A model generated the notes under the pieces. The model worked only from the letters and a program-made list of their open reading frames with translations. It was not told the DNA's origin and ran no database searches. Below are positions 12,781-27,357 of a DNA stretch of 64,000 nt, piece after piece (positions within the stretch are counted from its first letter, which is position 1; each line of letters opens with the position of its first letter). The position numbers were made by a program, and so were the translations under genes. The stretch lies in contig NW_027362768.1 in assembly GCF_046119375.1 (NCBI RefSeq), positions 185,628,001-185,692,000 on the forward strand, given 5' to 3'. The stretch is from Phyllobates terribilis (lineage: Eukaryota).

Positions 12781-12899
12781 CTAGAATAAGAGAACACAGC
12801 CGGTGTGAGAACTGTGCCCTGGAGAAGATAAATGTTGCAGTCAGTGACCCCTCCATAGAGCGCCCTGTTTATGTACTTGGTTTAGCTATTGGAGTGAGC

Positions 12900-15800
12900 A
12901 GCCAGCCTCCATCACACACAGCACCGGTGACCTGCCAGCCCTCACCACACACAGCACAGGGAACCTGTCAGCCCTCATCACACACAGCACCGGGAACCTG
13001 TCAGCCCCCATCACACACAGCACCGGGAACCTGTCAGCCCTCATCACACACAGCACCGGGAACCTGTCAGCCCTCATCACACACAGCTCGGGAACCTGTC
13101 AGCCCTCATCACACACAGCACCGGGAACCTGTCAGCCCTCATCACACACAGCACCGGGAACCTGTCAGCCCCAATCACACACAGCACTGGTGACCTGCCA
13201 GCCCCAATCACACACTGCACCGGGGACCTGTCAGCCCCCATCACACACAGCACAGGGGACCTGTCAGCCCCCATCACACACTGTACCGGGGACCTGTCAG
13301 CCTCCATCACACACAGCACAGATGACCTGTCAGCCTCCATCACACACAGCACCGGTGACCTGCCAGCCCCCATCACACACCACACAGATGACCTGTCAGC
13401 CTCCATCACACACCACACAGATGACCTGTCAGCCTCCATCACACACCACACAGATGACCTGTCAGCCTCCATCACACACCACACAGATGACCTGTCAGCC
13501 TCCATCACACACCACACAGATGACCTGTCAGCCTCCATCACACACAGCACCGGTGACCTGCCAGCCCCCATCACACGCCACACAGATGACCTGTCAGCCC
13601 CCATCACACACCACACAGATGACCTGTCAGCCTCCATCACACACCACACAGATGACCTGTCAGCCTCCATCACACACTGCACCGGGGACCTGTCAGCCCC
13701 CATCACACACAGCTCTGGGGACCTGTCAGACCCCATCACACACTGCACCGGGAACCTGTCAGCCCCCATCACACACACAGCACTGGGGACCTGTCAGCCC
13801 CCATCACACACACAGCACTGGGGACCTGTCAGCCCCCATCACACACACAGCACTGGGGACCTGTCAGCCCCATCACACACACAGCACTGATGACCTCTCA
13901 GCCCCCATCACACACAGCACTGGTGTGGTGACCTGCCAGCCACCATCACACACAGAACTGGGGACCTGCCAGCCCCCATCACACACAGCACCGGGGACCT
14001 GCCAGTCTTCATCACACACAGCACTGGGGATCTGTCAAATCCCATCACACACAGCATCGGGAACCTGTCAGCCCCCATCACACACAGCACCGGGGACCTG
14101 CCAGTCCCCGTCACACACAGCACCGGGGACCTGCCAGTCCTCATCACACACAGAACAGGGGACCAGTCAGCCCCCATCACACACAGAACAGGGGACCTGT
14201 CAGCCCCCATCACACACAGCAACGGGGACCTGTCAGCCCCCATCACACACAGCACAGGGGATCTGTCAGCCCCCATCACACACTGCACTGGTGACCTGTC
14301 TGCCTCCATCACACACAACACTGGTGACCTGTCAGCCCCCATCACACACAGCACCAGTGTCCTGTCAGCCCCCATCACACACAGCACAGGGGACCTGTCA
14401 GCCCCCATCACACACACTGCACTGATGACCTGTCAGCCCCCATCACACACAGCACTGGTGACCTATCAGCCCCCATCACACACAGCACCGGGGACCTATC
14501 AGCCCCCATCACACACAGCACTGGGGACCTGTCAGCCCTCATCACACACAGCACAGGGGACCTGTCAGCCCCCATCACACACAGCACTGGTGACCTGTCA
14601 GCCTCTATCACACACACCACTGGGGACCTGTCAGCCTCCATCACACACACCACTGGGGACCTGTCAGCCCCCATCACACACACAGCACTGGTGACCTGTC
14701 AGCCCCCATCACACACAGCACTGGAGAACTGTCAGCCTCCATCACACACAGCACTGGTGACCTGTCAGCCCCCATCACACACTGCACAGGGGACCTGTCA
14801 GCCCCTATCACACACAGCACTGGGGACCTGTCAGCCTCCATCACACACAGCACTGGGGACCTGTCAGCCCCCATCACACACAGCACAGATGACCTGTCAG
14901 CCTCCATCACACACAGCACTGGTGACCTGCCAGCCCCAATCACACACTGCACCGGGGACCTGTCAGCCCCCATCACACACAGCACTGGGGACCTGTCAGC
15001 CTCCATCACCCACCACACAGATGACCTGTCAGCCTCCATCACACACAGCACCGGTGACCTGCCAGCCCCAGTCACACACTACACCGGGGACCTGTCAGCC
15101 CCCATCACACACTGCACCGGGGACCTGTCAGCCCCCATCACACACACAGCACTGGGGACCTGTCAGCCCCCATCACACACACAGCACTGGGGACCTGTCA
15201 GCCCCCATCACACACACAGCACTGGGGACCTGTCAGCCCCATCACACACACAGCACTGATGACCTCTCAGCCCCCATCACACACAGCACTGGTGTGGTGA
15301 CCTGCCAGCCACCATCACACACAGCACTGGTTACCTGCCAGCCCCCATCACACACAGCACCGGGGACCTGCCAGTCCTCATCACACACAGCACTGGGGAT
15401 CTGTCAAATCCCATCACACACAGCATCGGGAACCTGTCAGCCCCCATCACACACAGCACCGGGGACCTGCCAGTCCCCGTCACACACAGCACCGGGGACC
15501 TGCCAGTCCTCATCACACACAGAACAGGGGACCAGTCAGCCCCCATCACACACAGAACAGGGGACCTGTCAGCCCCCATCACACACAGCAACGGGGACCT
15601 GTCAGCCCCCATCACACACAGCACAGGGGATCTGTCAGCCCCCATCACACACAGCAACGGGGACCTGTCAGCCCCCATCACACACAGCACAGGGGATCTG
15701 TCAGCCTCCATCACACACAACACTAGTGACCTGTCAGCCCCCATCACACACAGCACCAGTGTCCTGTCAGCCCCCATCACACACAGCACAGGGGACCTGT

Positions 15801-18800
15801 CAGCCCCTATCACACACAGCACTGGTGACCTATCAGCCCCCATCACACACAGCACCGGGGACCTATCAGCCCCCATCACACACAGCACTGGGGACCTGTC
15901 AGCCCTCATCACACACAGCACAGGGGACCTGTCAGCCCCCATCACACACAGCACTGGTGACCTGTCAGCCTCCATCACACACACCACTGGGGACCTGTCA
16001 GCCTCCATCACACACACCACTGGGGACCTGTCAGCCCCCATCACACACACAGCACTGGTGACCTGTCAGCCCCCATCACACACAGCACTGGAGAACTGTC
16101 AGCCTCCATCACACACAGCACTGGTGACCTGTCAGCCCCCATCACACACTGCACAGGGGACCTGTCAGCCCCTATCACACACAGCACTGGGGACCTGTCA
16201 GCCCCCATCACACACAGCACTGGGGACCTGTCAGCCCCCATCACACACAGCACAGATGACCTGTCAGCCTCCATCACACACAGCACTGGTGACCTGCCAG
16301 CCCCAATTACACACTGCACCAGGGACCTGTCAGCCCCCATCACACACAGCACTGGGGATCTGTCAGCCCCCATCACACACAGCACTGGTGACCTGCCAGC
16401 CCCAATCACACACTGCACCGGGGACCTGTCAGCCCCCATCACACACAGCACTGGGGATCTGTCAGCCCCCATCACACACAGCACTGGGGACCTGTCAGCC
16501 CCCATCACACACAGCACTGGGGACCTGTCAGCCCCCATCACACACTGCACAGGGGACCTGTCAGCCCCTATCACACACAGCACTGGGGACCTGTCAGCCC
16601 CTATCACACACAGCACTGGGGACCTGTCAGCCCCCATCACACACTGCACAGGGGACCTGTCAGCCCCTATCACACACTGCACCGGGGACCTGTCAGCCCC
16701 CATCACACTCAGCACTGGGGACCTGTCAGCCCCCATCACACACTGCACAGGGGACCTGTCAGCCCCTATCACACACAGCACTGGGGACCTGTCAGCCCCC
16801 ATCACACACAGCACTGGGGACCTGTCAGCCCCCATCACACACTGCACAGGGGACCTGTCAGCCCCTATCACACACTGCACCGGGGACCTGTCAGCCCCCA
16901 TCACACACAGCACTGGGGACCTGTCAGCCCCCATCACACACTGCACAGGGGACCTGTCAGCCCCTATCACACACAGCACTGGGGACCTGTCAGCCCCCAT
17001 CACACACAGCACTGGGGACCTGTCAGCCCCCATCACACACTGCACCGGGGACCTGTCAGCCCCCATCACACACAGCACTGGGGACCTGTCAGCCCCCATC
17101 ACACACTGCATAGGGGACCTGTCAGCCCCTATCACACACAGCACTGGGGACCTGTCAGCCCCCATCACACACAGCACTGGGGACCTATCAGCCCCCATCA
17201 CACACAGCACTGGTGACCTGTCAGCCTCCATCACACACAGCATCAGGGACCTGTCAGCCTCCATCACACACAGCACTGGGGACCTGTCAGCCCCCATCAC
17301 ACACACCACTGGGCAACTGTCAGCCTCCATAACACACAGCACTGAGGACCTGTCAGCCCCCGTCACACACAGCACTGGGGACCTGTCAGCCTCCATCGCA
17401 CACAGCACTGGGGACCTGTCAGCCCCCATCACACACTGTACCGGGGACCTGTCAGCCTCCATCACACACAGCACAGCTCTGGGGACCTGTCAGCCCCCAT
17501 CACACACAGCACTGGTGACCTGAAAGCCCCTATCACACACAGCACCAGGGACCTGCCAGCTCCCATCACACACAGCACTGGTGACCTGCCAGCCCCCATC
17601 ACACACAGCACCAGGGACCTGCCAGCTCCCATCACACACTGCACTGGTGACCTGTCAGCCCCCATCACACACAGCATCGGGGACCTGTCAGCCCCCATCA
17701 CACACAGCACTGGGGACCTGTCAGCCCTCATCACACACAGCACAGGGGACCTGTCAGCCCCCATCACACACAGCACTGGTGACCTGTCAGCCTCCATCAC
17801 ACACACCACTGGGGACCTGTCAGCCTCCATCACACACACCACTGGGGACCTGTCAGCCCCCATCACACACACAGCACTGGTGACCTGTCAGCCCCCATCA
17901 CACACAGCACTGGAGAACTGTCAGCCCCCATCACACACAGCACTGGGGACCTGTCAGCCCCCATCACACACAGCACAGATGACCTGTCAGCCTCCATCAC
18001 ACACAGCACTGGTGACCTGCCAGCCCCAATCACACACTGCACCGGGGACCTGTCAGCCCCCATCACACACAGCACTGGGGATCTGTCAGCCCCCATCACA
18101 CACAGCACTGGGGACCTGTCAGCCCCCATCACACACTGCACAGGGGACCTGTCAGCCCCTATCACACACTGCACCGGGGACCTGTCAGCCCCCATCACAC
18201 ACAGCACAGGGGACCTGTCAGCCCCTATCACACACAGCACTGGGGACCTGTCAGCCCCCATCACACACAGCACTGGGGACCTGTCAGCCCCCATCACACA
18301 CTGCACAGGGGACCTGTCAGCCCCTATCACACACTGCACCGGGGACCTGTCAGCCCCCATCACACACTGCACAGGGGACCTGTCAGCCCCTATCACACAC
18401 AGCACTGGGGACCTGTCAGCCCCCATCACACACAGCACTGGGGACCTGTCAGCCCCTATCACACACTGCACCGGGGACCTGTCAGCCCCCATCACACACA
18501 GCACTGGGGACCTGTCAGCCCCCATCACACACTGCACAGGGGACCTGTCAGCCCCTATCACACACAGCACTGGGGACCTGTCAGCCCCCATCACACACAG
18601 CACTGGGGACCTGTCAGCCCCCATCACACACTGCACCGGGGACCTGTCAGCCCCCATCACACACAGCACTGGGGACCTGTCAGCCCCCATCACACACTGC
18701 ACAGGGGACCTGTCAGCCCCTATCACACACAGCACTGGGGACCTGTCAGCCCCCATCACACACAGCACTGGGGACCTATCAGCCCCCATCACACACAGCA

Positions 18801-21800
18801 CTGGTGACCTGTCAGCCTCCATCACACACAGCATCAGGGACCTGTCAGCCTCCATCACACACAGCACTGGGGACCTGTCAGCCCCCATCACACACACCAC
18901 TGGGCAACTGTCAGCCTCCATCACACACAGCACTGGGGACCTGTCAGCCCCCATCACACACAGCACTGGGGACCTGTCAGCCTCCATCGCACACAGCACT
19001 GGGGACCTGTCAGCCCCCATCACACACTGTACCGGGGACCTGTCAGCCTCCATCACACACAGCACAGCTCTGGGGACCTGTCAGCCCCCATCACACACAG
19101 CACTGGTGACCTGAAAGCCCCTATCACACACAGCACCAGGGACCTGCCAGCTCCCATCACACACAGCACTGGTGACCTGCCAGCCCCCATCACACACAGC
19201 ACCAGGGACCTGCCAGCTCCCATCACACACTGCACTGGTGACCTGTCAGCCCCCATCACACACAGCATCGGGGACCTGTCAGCCTCCATCACACACAGCA
19301 CTGGGGACCTGTCAGCCCCCATCACACACAGCACAGGGGACCTGCCAGCCACCATCACACACAGCACAGGGGACCTGCCAGCCACCATCACACACAGCAC
19401 TGGGGACCTGTCAGCCCCCATCACACACAGCACTGGGGACCTGTCAGCCCCCATCACACACAGCACAGGGGACCTGTCAGCCCCAATCACACACAGCACA
19501 GGGGACCTGCCAGCCCCCATTACACACAGCACAGGGGACTTGCCAGCCCCCATCACACACAGCACTGGGGACCTGTCAGCCCTCATCACACACAGCACGG
19601 GTGACCTGTCAGCCTCCATCACACACAGCACCGGGGACCTGTCAGCCCCCATCACATACAGCACTGGGGACCTGTCAGCCCTCATCACACACAGCACCGG
19701 GGACCTGTCAGCCCCCATCACACACAGCACTGGTGACCTGTCAGCCTCCATCACACACAGCACTGGAGACCTGTCAGCCTCCATCACACACAGCACTGGT
19801 GACCTGCCAGCCCCCATGACACACAGCACTGGGGATCTGTCAAATCCCATCACACACAGCATCGGGAACCTGTCAGCCCCCATCACACACAGCACCGGGG
19901 ACCTGCCAGTCCCCGTCACACACAGCACCGGGGACCTGCCAGTCCTCATCACACACAGAACAGGGGACCAGTCAGCCCCCATCACACACAGCACAGGGGA
20001 CCTGTCAGCCCCCATCACACACAGCACAGGGACCTGCCAGCCCCCATCACACACAGCACTGGTGACCTGTCAGCCCCCATCACACACAGCACAGGGGACC
20101 TGTCAGCCCCCATCACACACACCACTGGGGACCTGTCAGCCCCCATCACACACAGCATTGGGGACCTGTCAGCCCCCATCACACACAGCACTGGGGACCT
20201 GTCAGCCCCCATCACACACAGCATTGGGGACCTGTCAGCCCCCATCACACACAGCACCGGGGACCAGTCAGCCCCCATCACACACAGCACAGGGGACCTG
20301 TCAGCCCCCATCACACACAGCACAGGGACCTGCCAGCCCCCATCACACACAGCACTGGTGACCTGTCAGCCCTCATCACACACAGCACAGGGGACCTGTC
20401 AGCCCCCATCACACACAGCATTGGGGACCTGTCAGCCCCCATCACACACAGCACTGGGGACCTGTCAGCCCCCATCACACACAGCACTGGTGACCTGTCA
20501 GCCCCCATCACACACAGCACAGGGGACCTGTCAGCCCCCATCACACACAGCACAGGGGAGCTGCCAGTCCTCATCACACACAGAACAGGGGACCAGTCAG
20601 CCCCCATCACACACAGCACAGGGGACCTGTCAGCCCCCATCACACACAGCACAGGGGACCTGTCAGCCCCCATCACACACAGCATTGGGGACCTGTCAGC
20701 CCCCATCACACACAGCATTGGGGACCTGTCAGCCCCCATCACACACAGCACTGGGGACCTGTCAGCCCCCATCACACACAGCATTGGGGACCTGTCAGCG
20801 CCCATCACACACAGCATCGGGGACCTGTCAGCCCCCATCACACACAGCACCGGGGACCTGTCAGCCTCCATCACACACAGCACTGGGGACCTGTCAGCCC
20901 CCATCACACACTGCACCGGGGACCTGTCAGCCCCCATCACACACAGCACAGGGGACCTGTCAGCCCCTATCACACACAGCACTGGGGACCTGTCAGCCCC
21001 CATCACACACAGCACTGGGGACCTGTCAGCCCCCATCACACACAGCACTGGGGACCTGTCAGCCCCCATCACACACTGCACAGGGGACCTGTCAGCCCCT
21101 ATCACACACTGCACCGGGGACCTGTCAGCCCCCATCACACACTGCACAGGGGACCTGTCAGCCCCTATCACACACAGCACTGGGGACCTGTCAGCCCCCA
21201 TCACACACAGCACTGGGGACCTGTCAGCCCCTATCACACACTGCACCGGGGACCTGTCAGCCCCCATCACACACTGCACAGGGGACCTGTCAGCCCCCAT
21301 CACACACTGCACAGGGGACCTGTCAGCCCCCATCACACACAGCACTGGGGACCTGTCAGCCCCCATCACACACTGCACCGGGGACCTGTCAGCCCCCATC
21401 ACACACAGCACTGGGGACCTGTCAGCCCCCATCACACACTGCACAGGGGACCTGTCAGCCCCTATCACACACAGCACTGGGGACCTGTCAGCCCCCATCA
21501 CACACAGCACTGGGGACCTATCAGCCCCCATCACACACAGCACTGGTGACCTGTCAGCCTCCATCACACACAGCATCAGGGACCTGTCAGCCTCCATCAC
21601 ACACAGCACTGGGGACCTGTCAGCCCCCATCACACACACCACTGGGCAACTGTCAGCCTCCATCACACACAGCACTGGGGACCTGTCAGCCCCCATCACA
21701 CACAGCACTGGGGACCTGTCAGCCTCCATCGCACACAGCACTGGGGACCTGTCAGCCCCCATCACACACTGTACCGGGGACCTGTCAGCCTCCATCACAC

Positions 21801-24800
21801 ACAGCACAGCTCTGGGGACCTGTCAGCCCCCATCACACACAGCACTGGTGACCTGAAAGCCCCTATCACACACAGCACCAGGGACCTGCCAGCTCCCATC
21901 ACACACAGCACTGGTGACCTGCCAGCCCCCATCACACACAGCACCAGGGACCTGCCAGCTCCCATCACACACTGCACTGGTGACCTGTCAGCCCCCATCA
22001 CACACAGCATCGGGGACCTGTCAGCCTCCATCACACACAGCACTGGGGACCTGTCAGCCCCCATCACACACAGCACAGGGGACCTGCCAGCCACCATCAC
22101 ACACAGCACAGGGGACCTGCCAGCCACCATCACACACAGCACTGGGGACCTGTCAGCCCCCATCACACACAGCACTGGGGACCTGTCAGCCCCCATCACA
22201 CACAGCACAGGGGACCTGTCAGCCCCAATCACACACAGCACAGGGGACCTGCCAGCCCCCATTACACACAGCACAGGGGACTTGCCAGCCCCCATCACAC
22301 ACAGCACTGGGGACCTGTCAGCCCTCATCACACACAGCACGGGTGACCTGTCAGCCTCCATCACACACAGCACCGGGGACCTGTCAGCCCCCATCACATA
22401 CAGCACTGGGGACCTGTCTGCCCTCATCACACACAGCACCGGGGACCTGTCAGCCCCCATCACACACAGCACTGGTGACCTGTCAGCCTCCATCACACAC
22501 AGCACTGGAGACCTGTCAGCCTCCATCACACACAGCACTGGTGACCTGCCAGCCCCCATGACACACAGCACTGGGGATCTGTCAAATCCCATCACACACA
22601 GCATCGGGAACCTGTCAGCCCCCATCACACACAGCACCGGGGACCTGCCAGTCCCCGTCACACACAGCACCGGGGACCTGCCAGTCCTCATCACACACAG
22701 AACAGGGGACCAGTCAGCCCCCATCACACACAGCACAGGGGACCTGTCAGCCCCCATCACACACAGCACAGGGACCTGCCAGCCCCCATCACACACAGCA
22801 CTGGTGACCTGTCAGCCCCCATCACACACAGCACAGGGGACCTGTCAGCCCCCATCACACACACCACTGGGGACCTGTCAGCCCCCATCACACACAGCAT
22901 TGGGGACCTGTCAGCCCCCATCACACACAGCACTGGGGACCTGTCAGCCCCCATCACACACAGCATTGGGGACCTGTCAGCCCCCATCACACACAGCACC
23001 GGGGACCAGTCAGCCCCCATCACACACAGCACAGGGGACCTGTCAGCCCCCATCACACACAGCACAGGGACCTGCCAGCCCCCATCACACACAGCACTGG
23101 TGACCTGTCAGCCCTCATCACACACAGCACAGGGGACCTGTCAGCCCCCATCACACACAGCATTGGGGACCTGTCAGCCCCCATCACACACAGCACTGGG
23201 GACCTGTCAGCCCCCATCACACACAGCACTGGTGACCTGTCAGCCCCCATCACACACAGCACAGGGGACCTGTCAGCCCCCATCACACACAGCACAGGGG
23301 AGCTGCCAGTCCTCATCACACACAGAACAGGGGACCAGTCAGCCCCCATCACACACAGCACAGGGGACCTGTCAGCCCCCATCACACACAGCACAGGGGA
23401 CCTGTCAGCCCCCATCACACACAGCATTGGGGACCTGTCAGCCCCCATCACACACAGCATTGGGGACCTGTCAGCCCCCATCACACACAGCACTGGGGAC
23501 CTGTCAGCCCCCATCACACACAGCATTGGGGACCTGTCAGCGCCCATCACACACAGCATCGGGGACCTGTCAGCCCCCATCACACACAGCACCGGGGACC
23601 TGTCAGCCTCCATCACACACAGCACTGGGCACCTGTCAGCCTCCATCGCACACAGCACTGGGGACCTGTCAGCCCCCATCACACACTGTACCGGGGACCT
23701 GTCAGCCCCCATCACACACAGCACAGGGGACCTGTCAGCCCCCATCACACACAGCATTGGGGACCTGTCAGCCTCCATCACACACAGCACAGGGGACCTG
23801 TCAGCCCCCATCACACACAGCATTGGGGACCTGTCAGCCTCCATCACACACAGCACAGGGGACCTGTCAGCCCCCATCACACATAGCACTGGGGACCTGT
23901 CAGCCCCCATCACACACAGCATTGGGGACCTGTCAGCCCCCATCACACACAGCACCGGGGACCTGTCAGCCCCCATCACACACAGCACCGGGGACCTGTC
24001 AGCCCCCATCACACACAGCACAGGGGACCTGTCAGCCCCAATCACACACAGCACTGGGGACCTGTCAGCCCCCATCACACACAGCACAGGGGACCTGTCA
24101 GCCCCAATCACACACAGCACTGGGGACCTGTCAGCCCCCATCACACACAGCACCGGGGACCTGTCAGCCCCCATCACACACAGCACCGGGGACCTGTCAG
24201 CCCCCATCACACACAGCACAGGGGACCTGTCAGCCCCAATCACACACAGCATTGGGGACCTGTCAGCCCCCATCACACACAGCACAGGGGACCTGTCAGC
24301 CCCAATCACACACAGCACAGGGGACCTGTCAGCCCCCATCACACACAGCATTGGGGACCTGTCAGCCCCCATCACACACAGCACAGGGGACCTGTCAGCC
24401 CCCATCACACACAGCACCGGGGACCTGTCAGCCCCCATCACACACAGCACCGGGGACCTGTCAGCCCCCATCACACACAGCACAGGGGACCTGTCAGCCC
24501 CCATCACACACTGTACCGGGGACCTGTCAGCCCCCATCACACACAGCACCGGGGACCTGTCAGCCCCCATCACACACAGCATTGGGGACCTGTCAGCCCC
24601 CATCACACACAGCACAGGGGACCTGTCAGCCCCCATCACACACAGCACAGGGGACCTGTCAGCCCCCATCACACACAGCATTGGGGACCTGTCAGCCTCC
24701 ATCACACACAGCACAGGGGACCTGTCAGCCCCCATCACACACAGCATTGGGAACCTGTCAGCCTCCATCACACACAGCACAGGGGACCTGTCAGCCCCCA

Positions 24801-25640
24801 TCACACACAGCATTGGGGACCTGTCAGCCCCCATCACACACAGCACCGGGGACCTGTCAGCCCCCATCACACACAGCACCGGGGACCTGTCAGCCCCCAT
24901 CACACACAGCACAGGGGACCTGTCAGCCCCAATCACACACAGCACTGGGGACCTGTCAGCCCCCATCACACACAGCACCGGGGACCTGTCAGCCCCCATC
25001 ACACACAGCACCGGGGACCTGTCAGCCCCCATCACACACAGCACAGGGGACCTGTCAGCCCCAATCACACACAGCATTGGGGACCTGTCAGCCCCCATCA
25101 CACACAGCACAGGGGACCTGTCAGCCCCAATCACACACAGCACAGGGGACCTGTCAGCCCCCATCACACACAGCATTGGGGACCTGTCAGCCCCCATCAC
25201 ACACAGCACAGGGGACCTGTCAGCCCCCATCACACACAGCACCGGGGACCTGTCAGCCCCCATCACACACAGCACCGGGGACCTGTCAGCCCCCATCACA
25301 CACAGCACAGGGGACCTGTCAGCCCCCATCACACACTGTACCGGGGACCTGTCAGCCCCCATCACACACAGCACCGGGGACCTGTCAGCCCCCATCACAC
25401 ACAGCATTGGGGACCTGTCAGCCCCCATCACACACAGCACAGGGGACCTGTCAGCCCCCATCACACACAGCACCGGGGACCTGTCAGCCCCCATCACACA
25501 CAGCACAGGGGACCTGTCAGCCCCCATCACACACAGCACTGGTGACCTGTCAGCCCCCATCACACACAGCACTGGTGACCTGTCAGCCCCCATCACACAC
25601 AGCACCGGGGACCTGTCAGCCCCCATCACACACAGCACTG
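12900..25640. repeat. 33-bp minisatellite array, about 385 units, with higher-order duplications
   Basis: Unit ACCTGTCAGCCCCCATCACACACAGCACTGGGG; lies wholly in cryz-B intron 12781-26200. Confidence 0.97.
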
Positions 25641-26200
25641 AAAGTGTCACAAACTGGAAGTGAAGCTGCGAAACCTAGGAACCAGCTAGAGCTCCCAGCG
25701 CCCAGGAATAGGCTAGCATTTTGTGCCCCTTGGCCGGTGTTCACTCTTTATTTCTCAAGCACATGTCCGAAGGATAATATTGCTGTATTTCACCTTTGAC
25801 CCTGTAGTTCTTTTCTTTTTGCCAGTATAACACTACAAAAATAAAAAGTGATACATTGTGGCACCTCCTGAACAGCTCTGTACACCATCTAGTGGCCGTT
25901 CTCGGCACTGCAGCTCAGCTCCTATAGAAGTAAATGTGATCTGAGCTGCAGTACTGAGAACGGCCACTACACCGTGCACAGAGCCGCGCTGGTACAGCTC
26001 CGTATACTGTATACAGCGGGCAGACAGGACCTGGAAGCCGCTGATCAGTGGGGGGTGCTGGACCCTCACTAATCTGGTATAGACGGAGTATCCTAAACAT
26101 ATGCCATCGATAACCTAGAAAATCCTAAAAATGTGAAAATGCCGTATGAGAGAGAAATGGCAGTAGGGGGCGCTGCACAGACAGGATGGGGGGCACTTAC

Positions 26201-26302
26201 CATCACTCGGCCGCGGTATGATAGGAGTTTCAGGTCGTTGCTCAGGTTCACATTGGACAACATCTCCAGGATAATATTAACCCCGTCCTCCCCGGCAGCC
26301 TC
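26201..26302 (-). pseudogene. cryz: cryz-B exon [34 protein letters not shown]
   Basis: 102 nt, AG/GT boundaries. Confidence 0.9.
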
Positions 26303-26437
26303 CTAAATATTAGAAAGCACAATCCATCTCTCCATAATAAATAATAATAAATCCTGTTCCCGGACGTCACTGATACCGGGGGAAAGCGGACATTATATCG
26401 TACATCAGACAAAAGTGTATATGGGGGTCACACTGAC

Positions 26438-26587
26438 CCGGATCTTCTCGATGTAATCCTCCTCCCTGTGGTTGAACACCTTGTGGGCTCCGTTTTGTAA
26501 AACCAGATTTAACCCTTCGGGGCTGCCGGCGGTGCCGAATACTTTGAATCCATGGGCCCTGGCGATCTGACAAGCCGCTATCCCCAC
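26438..26587 (-). pseudogene. cryz: cryz-B exon [50 protein letters not shown]
   Basis: 150 nt; protein identical to the intact copy. Confidence 0.9.
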
Positions 26588-27357
26588 CTATAGGGAAGAA
26601 AAGGAGAGGTCAGCGGAGCAGCGCAGACCACGCCAACCTCAAGGGTGCACCGCTCGCTGATGGAACCGTGCAGACACATGTTTCTTACCATTTCCCTCTC
26701 TGCCGTAGAGGCACGGTGGTCTTTGTGGTTGCAGTTGCTTTATGTAGTGCACGAGCTTAAAGGCTCATACTCATCTGCGAGAAAAGCGGACGAGTGCAAT
26801 CCGATAAAAAAATCACATCGCACTCTGACCAATGTTAATCTATGAGTCTCTGCTCGTCTAAAAAAAATTTTCTCGGTTCAGATCGGACTGACAAAAAAAT
26901 CGCAGCGTGCTGCTAGTGGCCGCGTATATCGGATGAGACTCGCCAGTGCAAGTCAATGGGTGCAAGAACAAAAATTGCATGCCACTTGGATCATGCATGG
27001 GTCGTCTGATTTTTACACCCCAATCTCTTTGAAAAGCCGACATTTCATCAGCCGAGTACAGTAAGATCACAGCATGACCCGTCAGGATAGGAAAGATAGA
27101 ATATGTGAGTGCGATATATAATTAGTACAGTGCATATTAATACATTTCTGAAAAAAATGCTGTAGGATACCCTGAAATTGTATTAACCAGCAGAGGGAAA
27201 GCCGACAGCTGGGGCTGATGTTTATAGCCTGGGAAAGGAGTAATACCCATGTCGCTTCCCAGGGTATTAGTATCATCCCACAGCTGTATACTTAGCCTTT
27301 ACTGGTTATTAAAATGGGGGACCCCGAAAAAAAAATTATGTTGAGTCCCCCCTATAA

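Noticed and set aside
12886-25799. Very long ORFs (up to 899 aa) of TCQPPSHTALG / CVMGADRSPVL repeats
   Set aside because: Translation of a 33-bp unit that lacks stops in several frames on both strands; intronic, no splice or promoter support
25833-26100. Similarity between cryz-B intron sequence and cryz-A intron 41900-42060 as a third duplication or rearrangement
   Set aside because: Non-orthologous introns and opposite context; explained by independent copies of a common MITE
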